Source: Rhynchopus sp. YZ270_cl-10
Lineage: Eukaryota
DNA length: 64,000 nt
Assembly (NCBI GenBank): GCA_964035575.1
Contig: OZ037841.1
Location: 992,001 to 1,056,000 of the forward strand
Direction of reading: 5' to 3'
Shown here piece after piece: positions 54,933 to 64,000 of the stretch. Below the pieces are notes generated by a model. It was not told the origin of the DNA. It saw nothing but the letters and a program-made list of their open reading frames with translations, and did no database searches. The position numbers and the translations under genes are program-made. Numbering within the stretch: position 1 is the first letter of the stretch; every line of letters begins with the position of its first letter.

Positions 54933-57290
54933 ATGTTGCTTCTAGCAGTCCTAACTGACCTGCTCCAAGCTAGTGTGTGCGGCACCTTTCTTGCTGGAGG
55001 TGCGTGCCGGCCTGCAGAGTACGTCACATTGCTCAGCACAGCGACTGCTGAGGTGTGCGCTGCAGCGTGTGCAGCGAAGGAGCAGAATGGATGCTGCTGG
55101 CACAACCCGGCAGGGGAGGGATCCTGCCAGTTCGCTGCCGGTGCTATTGCGTATGAATACGGCGAGAAAGATGTCCGCAGTGCGTCCAACTGCACAGGAG
55201 GGGTGGAGGTCCCTCCCTCACCACAACAGCTGCACATCGCGTATGGCGTGTCGCCTGACCAAATCATGGTGCAGTGGGCCGTCCCCGTCCTTTTTGAGCA
55301 CCACGCGACAGCCGCTCTCCGTTACGCCCCCGCAGGGACACCCCCAGCACAGTGGGTCGAAGTGCTGCCGTTTTATAACAGCAGTGGGCCTGGGTCGTAT
55401 ACGCAGTACCGTGTGTTGTTGAAGAATTTGACTGCAGGAGGGAAGTACGAGTACAGTGTGGGGTGGAGGGGTGGGGAGCAGGTGGCGTCGAAGTTTGTTG
55501 TGCGGAGGGACGATTTGTCGTATGCACCGAGGATCGCGATGTTTGCTGATTTAGGGTGGACAGACAACCAGGTTCTTCCAATGCTGCGTGAAGAGAGTGA
55601 GGCTGGCTCGATTGATGCGATTGTGATGTTTGGCGACTACGTGTATTGGGACAACGGGGAGAACGAGAATGCGTTCATGCGTGATGTGATGCGGTGGAGT
55701 GGAAACGGGTCCATCCCGGTCATGACAACACCAGGAAACGGAGACTACGACGGTGGTGACTACACCAGATACCGTGCACAGTTCGGGATGCCCAACTGGG
55801 AGAACACAATGTCCCTCTACCACTCCTTTGACATCGGTCGTGCACACATCTCTGGGATCGACACTGAGTTGATCGAACACCCCGAACACGCAGACCAACG
55901 TGCTGCTATGCTTGCCTGGTTCGAAGACGACATGAAGAAAGCGAATGCAAACCGTGCACAAGTCCCTTGGATTGTTGTCCACTTCCACAGACCTGCCTAC
56001 ACCACAGGAGGTGCAGACGCCGTGCCGTACCAAATCTTCGAACCCTTGATGTACAAGTACGGTGTCGACCTGGTCTTCTCTGGTCACGTCCACAACCAAG
56101 AACGGAGTCTCCCTGTCTACAACAAAACAGTTCACGCAGGCCCTGACCCAGCCCATCCATACAACAACGCAAAGGCACCGGTGTACATCACATGCGGCAA
56201 CCCAGGAAACGCTGAGGAGCATGACCCCTTCTACTACGCATTCGCGTCGTGGACAGCATGGCGGTCTTATCACTTTGGGTACTCCCATATGACCGTGCAC
56301 AATGCCTCGGTTCTGAGCATCGACTTTGTGTCGACGGGTCTGGGTGGCACAACTGACAGCTTCGCGATCACGAAAACGCAAACCTGCAACTTTGGAGAAC
56401 TTTGCACTGAAGGAGAGAAGCCGGATGTTCCAAAGGAGATTGTCCCGACCGCATCAACAGCAGCAGCGGTGGAGATGGAGGCAGTGTGGAAGGGAAGACG
56501 CGGTGTGGCTGGTATGAACATCCCAGCAGCACAGCTTGCAGCCCTCAAGGAGCTGTACTCAGCAACAAACGGAGCTGGGTGGAACCGAAGTGAAAACTGG
56601 ATGAACGGAGGTGACCCTTGCAGCCCCAACGCACCTTGGCATGGTGTGACCTGCAACAACGTGACGGAGCGCACCCTGCCGAACCTTGCTGTGTCCTACG
56701 GCGTCACATGCATCGCACTGTCAGCAAACAACCTCCAAGGACAGATCCCAACCACCCTCGGCACGGCGCTGTCCGAAACACTCCAATCGTTGGATTTAGC
56801 AAGCAACCTGCTGACCGGGGCCATCCCGCCCAACCTCCTTCGCGGCATGAAGGTGCTGCACACTTTGCAAATCGAGCCCAAGACAGACGACGCAGAATAC
56901 CGCCTCACCGGCGAGCTGCCTGAGGACATGGGGCTGTCGACGGGGCTGCCCAATCTCCGTTTCCTGATGCTCAGCCGAAACGCTATTTCCGGATCGCTTC
57001 CGGAGTCGTGGAGTAAGTTCTCATGCCACGAACGGTTCGCGTCGGGCAACCCCCACGTCGAAGATCCGACCCTCGGAGGGGAGGTTGGCTGCCTCCTTTG
57101 GGTGATGAGCAACAACCTCACTGGGTCTGTGCCCGAAGTCTTCTGCGACAGGACGTACGAGAATATGTACCTGAAAGGCAACGAAGGGATGGCCTGCCCG
57201 AACAACGCTGCACCCTGCTTTGGGCATGGATATGTGGACTTCCCCTCAAAATGTGCAGACACCTGCACGCCCTGTAAGAAGGAGGGATAA
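54933..57290 (+). CDS. Secreted purple acid phosphatase-LRR fusion, copy 2
   Basis: Same length (785 aa) as copy 1 with only a handful of amino-acid differences. Tandem duplicate offset by 3497 bp. Confidence 0.9.
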   Translation: MLLLAVLTDLLQASVCGTFLAGGACRPAEYVTLLSTATAEVCAAACAAKEQNGCCWHNPAGEGSCQFAAGAIAYEYGEKDVRSASNCTGGVEVPPSPQQLHIAYGVSPDQIMVQWAVPVLFEHHATAALRYAPAGTPPAQWVEVLPFYNSSGPGSYTQYRVLLKNLTAGGKYEYSVGWRGGEQVASKFVVRRDDLSYAPRIAMFADLGWTDNQVLPMLREESEAGSIDAIVMFGDYVYWDNGENENAFMRDVMRWSGNGSIPVMTTPGNGDYDGGDYTRYRAQFGMPNWENTMSLYHSFDIGRAHISGIDTELIEHPEHADQRAAMLAWFEDDMKKANANRAQVPWIVVHFHRPAYTTGGADAVPYQIFEPLMYKYGVDLVFSGHVHNQERSLPVYNKTVHAGPDPAHPYNNAKAPVYITCGNPGNAEEHDPFYYAFASWTAWRSYHFGYSHMTVHNASVLSIDFVSTGLGGTTDSFAITKTQTCNFGELCTEGEKPDVPKEIVPTASTAAAVEMEAVWKGRRGVAGMNIPAAQLAALKELYSATNGAGWNRSENWMNGGDPCSPNAPWHGVTCNNVTERTLPNLAVSYGVTCIALSANNLQGQIPTTLGTALSETLQSLDLASNLLTGAIPPNLLRGMKVLHTLQIEPKTDDAEYRLTGELPEDMGLSTGLPNLRFLMLSRNAISGSLPESWSKFSCHERFASGNPHVEDPTLGGEVGCLLWVMSNNLTGSVPEVFCDRTYENMYLKGNEGMACPNNAAPCFGHGYVDFPSKCADTCTPCKKEG

Positions 57291-57494
57291 AAACTATGCA
57301 ACAATACCAGGGTACCTTTTTTATAGTTTTTGTTGTTGGCCGCAGGGTACTTTGTGCAGCCGGATGCCTGGCATCGTCGGAGATGTGCCTGCATCAGTAC
57401 CCACTCGGTAGCACTCCTTTTCTCCCTTCAAGACAGTATGATGTAGCAGACACATCTTTCAACACTTCTCTTTTCGTTTCGCCTCTAAAAAGGT

Positions 57495-57845
57495 CCTAAT
57501 CACACAGTTTAGGATTTCATTTATTCACAAAACTCTTTCCCCGCTTTTTTGTGATGTGTGTGCACCAGAGGTATATTACCTCATTTGCCCCAACCTTTTT
57601 ATTCCATTTGTCACCCTCTTGCACGATGTGTGCATTATTATGTGCTTTTGAATACTCAATTATGGGGGAATGTCCTGTAGCAGAACATTGCCCATATTGT
57701 TGTGTGTATGTGCGTGCGTGTGAGGCACATTGACCGTTTATTCCCCACCAGTGCGCTCTGTCTGCATTGTATGGTGAGGCGTTTTGCACTATGCAGCTTT
57801 CTCTTCAAGATGTGTGTGCACTAGAGGTGCATTTATCTTCCAAGT
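57495..57845 (+). repeat. Duplicate of the intergenic segment 54330..54730
   Basis: Near-identical match starting 'cctaatcacacagtttaggattt', but lacking the ~53-bp module-A block at 54575-54627. Confidence 0.9.
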
Positions 57846-59298
57846 TTTCTCCGTCTGCCAATCCCTCCCCCCTTCCAACGTACAGGAGCTCGGCGCTCTC
57901 ACAAGGCTCCAAAGGTGGAATATCTTTTTCCAGCAGGGCCCTTTTTTAAAAAAATAAGTGTACCCATATGAAATTGACTACCTTGTTCCACATGGAGTGT
58001 TGATTTGTATGCCCTCGTCGGGTGTTGTCCCGGCCGCGTGTGTTATTTCAGCACTCTTTTTGAAGATGCGTGTGCACGAGAGACACTTTCATCTTACATG
58101 TTTTGTTTCAACACCCCATCCCTCTGCCCCCTTCTACTGAATCATCTTATTTTGTACGTTCACAGCTAGCGGGGGGTGGTTTCAGGGAGGGGGTTTTTGT
58201 GTGTATTTGTGTCCATTCCCCCCACAAAGGGTGGCGAAGCACCCAAGGCTTGGGGTTATGTCCCGAGCTTTTTTTTGGTGATGTGCGTTTTACTTTATAT
58301 TGGCACGTATCGGAAGGGCTCTTTTTGTTTGCTTTCAGAGATGCAGACCAAAAAAAGGGAATGTCCCCTGCCCCTATACGTGTTGTGATCTACTCCACCC
58401 ACCACCCTACGGCGGTGAAGTAAATGACTTGAATTGTGGTTTTACTTTATCGTCGTGCACACGGTGACCATGTGACCCGTAACATGTTTTTCATGAAATC
58501 TGTGTAAAAATATGCACAAAAACACAGATTATGTATTTCAAAGTAACATGCAAATAACATGTCATTTAGCACGGTACCTGGAGCATATGGTCCCTGCACT
58601 GTTAATATGTTTTTCAGATACCTTACAAACACCCGTTCTTCTCTGGGTACAGTGAGGCAAATGAACTGTGTGTTCTCTTTTTGATTCTTTCCTTTTCTAT
58701 TTGGTGTCGCACACCTGCAGTCGTCGCTCTGGTTCTTTTTTTTTACCATTTTGTCTTGAACAAGATGGGAGGTTTACCGGCATCGTGAAAATGGAGGTAA
58801 TGCGCACAGGGGAAAAAGGGGGGCATTCCAACAACATCTACCCAAAAGGGGGGACAACAGTATTGCAGTGTATTATTGGTAGGTAATGATCTTTCAACGA
58901 TGATACACGTGAGTAACGACACACCCCCCCTTTTGTGTGCACGTTTAGAAAAGGCATCTTACTTAAGCCCGCCGACTCTATTTTTCTTGGAGCTTCCAGG
59001 ACCGTGCATGATCCATTCCCTTCAAGGAATGATAAAAAAGGGTTTTAAATAAAACGAAACTGCAAAATATTTTTTTTACGACCACCACTCCCCACTCCCC
59101 CCAAACAAACCACCCACCCTCCCTACCACAGGAAAAAAAAATCGGTGTTTTGTTGTTGTTGTGTCACACACACACACATCACCAATGCAACACACTCACC
59201 GCTAACCCCCCTCTCCTCCTCCCCCCCTTTCTCTCTCACTATACCGTCCATTTCCCTCCCCCTTCCTCTTCCTTCTCTCTCTTTCTCTAGCCTAGCTA

Positions 59299-62200
59299 AT
59301 GGAGCCATGCGATGCACGTCAGGTTATCGAAAGCTTATACGATCGTTTGGATGACTTACACTTTGAGGTAAGTGTCCAAAAAGGAATACCAGCGATAACC
59401 TCATTCGACCGCGCTTTCAGCTTTATTGACGACACTTTGGTTGCAATCTCCGAGTTGCAGTCCGATACAAGCACACCCCTCAAGGAGCGAGATGAGCTTC
59501 TTGAACTCCGCACCCTTCTCGAAACGTTGAATGAATCGTTAGAAAAGCTTGGAGCATGCCAATCTCAGGTACTTTATTTGCATCCGTTATATTCAGGATC
59601 GGAGCATGGAGAGATCTTGGCGCAGTGGTGTAAGGTGATGGCAGTGGTGCGGGGGGAGTCATATAGGGTACGCACCTTGGCGACTTTGGAATGGAAAGCG
59701 CGGTTGGGGGAGATGAACCACGACTTTGAAGCGCTGAGTTTGGAGCTTGGTGTTCTGGTCGAATCGCTTCAAGCAGCGGTGCATCGACTTTACTTCTGCA
59801 GTTTTGATGATGTCTTAACTATCGCCGCTTTAGCACGAAACCCAAACGCTGCCTTTCATATGCAACCTTGCTTCAGAAATCTTTTCAACTTCCAATCCGT
59901 TAGTCTAATACACGACAATCAAACCAAAGCCTCGCAGATCACCTCACTCCTTTGCGAGCGAGGGGAAGAGCTTCCACTTCTCTCTCCGGTAGAACTATTA
60001 TGTGACCTTCCAGGAACCCCAGAACTTTCATTTTCAAGCTGGATGGGAGATCTCGAGCGCCACATGATGCAGTCCATGAGAGACGGGGTAGCTTCCGCTG
60101 TATCGTCATATTCCGCTTCTTCTCTGCGAAGCTGGGCAATAGAAGGCCCTGCACAATGTGTTCTCCTTGCTCTGCAGGTTGTTTATACTAAGAAGGTTGA
60201 GACCGCGTTTCAAAATTATGCACAGCTTGGAGCGGAATCGAACCTTGACCGTGACCTAACCCTCATCCTCCACGAACTCTCCTCGCAGACATCAGAGGTA
60301 TTTCTCTGGGTCTCCTCCGGGAATGATACTGCGAGGGTCCAGCACCTCCTCTGTACGTTCTTCTCCCTCAAGCGGGGTGTTGCAATGCTGCTTGACCAAG
60401 GGGTAACCTCGCAACACCACGTCCTCTGGAGGAAACAGCTTCGGTGGTACATCGAGCATACCCCACTCGCCATCCGCGAACGGCGTAGCACCGCGCTAGA
60501 CACACTCCCCCAAGATTCTCAGGTTCGTGTTTTCTGTTCTATGATGGATATGAATGTAGACTATCACGGAGAATACACTATGCCCCCACCTACCACGTTG
60601 CTCTCCACTACGGACGATGTATCTGGGACACAGGCCGCGGTTTTTCAGTTATTTCATACAAAATACGCGGGGTGTACATTATATCATCCTCGAAAAGGGT
60701 GTGACCCAAGCTGTGTTTATGCGTTCAATGCTGAGGATTTTTTGGATGATTTGGCACGAAACCTAGGAAAAAAATGTCATCCTGTGTCGTGCACTGCTGC
60801 GTCCACCTCTGCTGAGATTGTGAGAATGTTGGTAGGGGTCTTTGCAAGCGGGCATTGGGTTGTCCTGAAGGATGTAGATCTGTTAGACCCAGCGATCATT
60901 GCAGTGGTCTGCGACGGAGTAGCCTCCGTACGCCACGCCCTTCTGAGCGAATCCCCTACCTACCAATTTGAAGGCAAGGTCACCCCGCTCCTCTCAGACT
61001 CATTCGCAGTATTCTGCACTCTATCAGGAAACGACACCTCCAAAATCACCGACGCGGCCCTCCACAACCTCCGCCGTGTCCTCCCCCCCATCGCCGTCCC
61101 CTTAGTCCGCAGCGAACGAATCCTCACACAACGCTTCCTTCTCTGCGGAATCGACGACTTTACCGGAACCCTCGGTCGCAACACCGCTACCGCCTTAGAA
61201 CGCCTTTCATTTAGCGGGTTTGATTTGGATACAGATGATGTGACCACACAACTCTTATTGATGCTGCCTCAAGTGGTTCGTGCGCTGCGACCAGAATGTG
61301 CGAGAGACGCAGTGGTACACTCTTTATACAAAGTATTGTCGCGAACGCACACTAATAGTCATAAGGATTTAGGGGTGTTAATGTGTAGCGCATTTGGGCA
61401 AGATGCGCCGCTTCAGGAATCGGTAGTGCGTTTGCATGATATTTCAGAACGTCTCAGTCTTTGCATCAAAAAGAGAGGTCTAGTAGGGCGTGCCCCCTTT
61501 GTGTCTCGGTGTGAACAGCTATATGAGTCGCTGCTGACAAACAGTGCAGTAGTCCTTTCTGGTCCTCCCTCTTCAGGGAAAACTGCGATATGGAGGGTGG
61601 TGCAAAAGGGGTTGCTTCCACAGGCCAGTTGTTTAATGGTGTTTTCTGCGCTCTATGATGAAAACAGCTTCTTCGGAGCGTTCGACGAAGCGAATGAATG
61701 GAATGATGGGATATTTACAAAGCTGTTTCGTGGTATTGTGAATGGAGGGAATGCTGTCGAGACGTTGGAACGTATTACTATTGTTCCGGTTACCGTTACG
61801 CATACTATTGATGACGAGGAAGAGTTGGAGCTGCCGGCAACTAATGTGGTTGGGAGTGGTGAGCAGCATTGTATTGTCTTAGATGGGGTGCCTGCACCAA
61901 AGATTCTGCAAAGGTTGTTGTCAGTGTTGGACGCTTCTCGGACGTTGCATCTACCGAATGGAGAGGCCATCCGCGCACCACCAGGGTTCAAAATTCTGTT
62001 CGAAGTATCCGACCGCGCCCCCCTCCCCCTCTCGCTGTCCCACTTCTCCAAAGTCTGCACCCACGGCACCTTGCTCCCCTCCGACTTCATCACCTATCAC
62101 GCAAGCCACCCAGGGTTTTTCCTTTCCGCGCATAAGAAGGCTGTTATCACAAAACTACAACATCTTATCCCACCAATGCTTGAGTGGGCACACGAGCAGG

Positions 62201-64000
62201 GTCTCGCAAGGGAGTGGGATGTATGTCAAGACCCCACTCCAGAGGATGCGACCACAGCGTATTTTCCGGTGCTTGGTGCGAATTTGGTGCAGAGTTGTTT
62301 TAATGTTATTAATGGGTTTGCGAACAAACGTAAGGTGTCCACTCGGTACACCGACGACGAACGTGGCCTGAGTGACACCGCCGTGGAGTCTATCCTGATG
62401 TTTGCTTGCGTCTGGTCGTTCGGTGCTGCGTTGGCTGTAGGAATGACACAACGTGTAGCGTTTAATCAGTTCTTCCGCAACCTGGTCATCGACAAAGGCC
62501 TGCAAGCACGCTACCCAATGCCCATGGGTGACGAGCTCGGACTGGTCTTCGACTACGTTTATGATGTAGGTGGGAGGGAGTGGCTGCGCTGGGGCTCCCT
62601 CCCAGAGGCGGATCGACCAAGCCAATCTACGCTTTGCGCATTGAGGCAACACTTTATCTCAGAAACGGCTGCCACAGTGATGATCTGGCTCCTCAAGCAT
62701 CTCACAGCGAAGGGCGTCAACGTACTCATCGCAGGCCCGCCTGGGGTAGGGAAGTCTAGCCTGTTGACGCACGCTCTGCGGAACAGTGTAAGTGTATATT
62801 GCGCAAATGCAACAGCACAGCACCTCGTATCTGCGTTAGGATCGCAACTGCAGAAGGCGCGGAACAACGTCATCCAACTCCCAGACCGGCTGGAGAAGCC
62901 TCTTACCCTCATGCTAGAGGCGGCGGAGCTGGCTTCGACAGAGTGTTTCGAACTCCTCCGGCAACTCCACGACAACGGAGGATGGTACGACACATACTCC
63001 TCAGAGCTTTTAACGGTGCAAGACGTTGCATGCACTGTCTGCTGTGACCGAGACGGCATCCTCAACTTTGGTGTCCGCCACTTAAGCCGCTTCCATTTTA
63101 TAACCCATACTGCACCAGAATCAGATGAACTACGTGACATGCTCTGCCAAATGCTGCGTACCTGGGTGGAAGAGGATCCACACAACGCAAAAAGAAGACC
63201 ACCCGCTACAGAGAAAGAAGCACTCCGCCTTAAAGAAATCGTTGATGCCACCCCACGCCTTGCCATAATCCTTGTTGCTTTATACACCGAAGTACAAACC
63301 CGCTTTACCGAACAAAATGACGCACGCAGCCTATGGAACCTCACCGTCCTCAGCAATGTCCTGCAAGGCATGCGTCTCTGCGGGGTCCGCCGTGCCACCA
63401 GTCTACGAGACGTTCTTCGCATGCTAATCAACGAATGTTTCAACTCCTTCGGCTCCCGTTTTGAACCCTCCGGAAAAGAACGCCGATGGGTTGAAAGCAA
63501 AACCTGGAATTTAGTCCTAGAACACTTCCCAGAGTACAGCCGCAACACCATTTGCAGGGGAAACACGAGATTCTGGTTTGGTGGTCTCCTTGATTATACA
63601 GACCACCGCAGTGCCACAACATGGAGGGACATCATAGCAGATGGGACGCTCACATATGCAGGAGCGTTGGGCTGTGAGGCATCGAAGGATAGACAGCATT
63701 GCCTTCACCGTCTTTTGTATCAAGGGAGCGATTCTGTTTTGTCTAATGTGACGTATTTGATGCGTGCGCTGACACGGTGTCGTGGTGGTGGCGGTGGGCA
63801 CGTTCTTCTGTTGGCGCAGACGTATGCTGAGAGTATGCATGAACTCAACCTAGCCGCGTTCCTCAGAGATGCAAAAGTGTTTCGCCCTGAAGCGCAACCG
63901 TATGCTACCATGTTGGATTGGAGGGGGATACTGCGTAGTGCATGTGTCACCGCGTTTGTGTCGACCCAGCCGTGTGTGGTTGTGGTGCAAGAGGCGAGTG
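59299..64000 (+). CDS. Divergent dynein heavy chain-like protein (linker + AAA1-AAA4), runs off the window end
   Basis: Manual translation of frame +1 from ATG 59299, spot-read rather than checked codon by codon to the end. Linker motifs CQSQVLYLHPLY, RLYFCSFDDVL and WAIEGPAQCVLLALQVVYT; AAA2 GPPSSGKT (61561); AAA3 GPPGVGKS (~62734). Absent from the ORF track, consistent with no stop in the window. Confidence 0.85.
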   Translation, partial: MEPCDARQVIESLYDRLDDLHFEVSVQKGIPAITSFDRAFSFIDDTLVAISELQSDTSTPLKERDELLELRTLLETLNESLEKLGACQSQVLYLHPLYSGSEHGEILAQWCKVMAVVRGESYRVRTLATLEWKARLGEMNHDFEALSLELGVLVESLQAAVHRLYFCSFDDVLTIAALARNPNAAFHMQPCFRNLFNFQSVSLIHDNQTKASQITSLLCERGEELPLLSPVELLCDLPGTPELSFSSWMGDLERHMMQSMRDGVASAVSSYSASSLRSWAIEGPAQCVLLALQVVYTKKVETAFQNYAQLGAESNLDRDLTLILHELSSQTSEVFLWVSSGNDTARVQHLLCTFFSLKRGVAMLLDQGVTSQHHVLWRKQLRWYIEHTPLAIRERRSTALDTLPQDSQVRVFCSMMDMNVDYHGEYTMPPPTTLLSTTDDVSGTQAAVFQLFHTKYAGCTLYHPRKGCDPSCVYAFNAEDFLDDLARNLGKKCHPVSCTAASTSAEIVRMLVGVFASGHWVVLKDVDLLDPAIIAVVCDGVASVRHALLSESPTYQFEGKVTPLLSDSFAVFCTLSGNDTSKITDAALHNLRRVLPPIAVPLVRSERILTQRFLLCGIDDFTGTLGRNTATALERLSFSGFDLDTDDVTTQLLLMLPQVVRALRPECARDAVVHSLYKVLSRTHTNSHKDLGVLMCSAFGQDAPLQESVVRLHDISERLSLCIKKRGLVGRAPFVSRCEQLYESLLTNSAVVLSGPPSSGKTAIWRVVQKGLLPQASCLMVFSALYDENSFFGAFDEANEWNDGIFTKLFRGIVNGGNAVETLERITIVPVTVTHTIDDEEELELPATNVVGSGEQHCIVLDGVPAPKILQRLLSVLDASRTLHLPNGEAIRAPPGFKILFEVSDRAPLPLSLSHFSKVCTHGTLLPSDFITYHASHPGFFLSAHKKAVITKLQHLIPPMLEWAHEQGLAREWDVCQDPTPEDATTAYFPVLGANLVQSCFNVINGFANKRKVSTRYTDDERGLSDTAVESILMFACVWSFGAALAVGMTQRVAFNQFFRNLVIDKGLQARYPMPMGDELGLVFDYVYDVGGREWLRWGSLPEADRPSQSTLCALRQHFISETAATVMIWLLKHLTAKGVNVLIAGPPGVGKSSLLTHALRNSVSVYCANATAQHLVSALGSQLQKARNNVIQLPDRLEKPLTLMLEAAELASTECFELLRQLHDNGGWYDTYSSELLTVQDVACTVCCDRDGILNFGVRHLSRFHFITHTAPESDELRDMLCQMLRTWVEEDPHNAKRRPPATEKEALRLKEIVDATPRLAIILVALYTEVQTRFTEQNDARSLWNLTVLSNVLQGMRLCGVRRATSLRDVLRMLINECFNSFGSRFEPSGKERRWVESKTWNLVLEHFPEYSRNTICRGNTRFWFGGLLDYTDHRSATTWRDIIADGTLTYAGALGCEASKDRQHCLHRLLYQGSDSVLSNVTYLMRALTRCRGGGGGHVLLLAQTYAESMHELNLAAFLRDAKVFRPEAQPYATMLDWRGILRSACVTAFVSTQPCVVVVQEAS

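Noticed and set aside
1085..58096. Module A as a CRISPR repeat, SECIS or bacterial terminator
   Set aside because: The copies are dispersed with no regular spacers or cas genes, lack the SECIS AUGA/GA core with apical AA, and no UGA read-through ORFs are present. The context is eukaryotic.
59319..63950. Minus-strand ORFs (e.g. 62559..63566) and apparent lack of a gene here
   Set aside because: Antisense shadows of the long + strand dynein-like ORF, which the track omitted, apparently because it has no stop in the window. No recoding needs to be invoked.

Overview
Eukaryotic nuclear DNA. About 17 apparently intron-less protein genes all lie on the + strand, usually preceded by pyrimidine tracts ending in AG. 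This fits polycistronic, trans-spliced euglenozoan organisation; a diplonemid-like host is an inference only. Genes in order: a 5'-truncated exostosin/GT47 glycosyltransferase, a secreted Cys-rich repeat protein, an adenylate cyclase plus a pseudo-cyclase paralogue, several hypothetical/ankyrin/LRR proteins, a methyltransferase-SET fusion, a kinesin-alpha/beta-hydrolase-transglutaminase-like fusion, two tandem purple acid phosphatase-LRR genes, and a tail-less dynein heavy chain-like ORF (59299 to the window end, missed by the ORF track) with degenerate AAA1 and AAA4 P-loops. Intergenic DNA, especially 19.5-30.4 kb and 33.6-42.4 kb, holds many non-autonomous DNA transposons with readable TIRs and TSDs, a 28S rRNA fragment and a 3-copy tandem repeat. 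The most striking signal is four families of short structured hairpin modules (A-D). They occur in dozens of copies and, in every copy I found, are on the coding strand. Family A shows compensatory stem changes, and A and D show indirect signs of mobility. All alignments and folds were done by eye.
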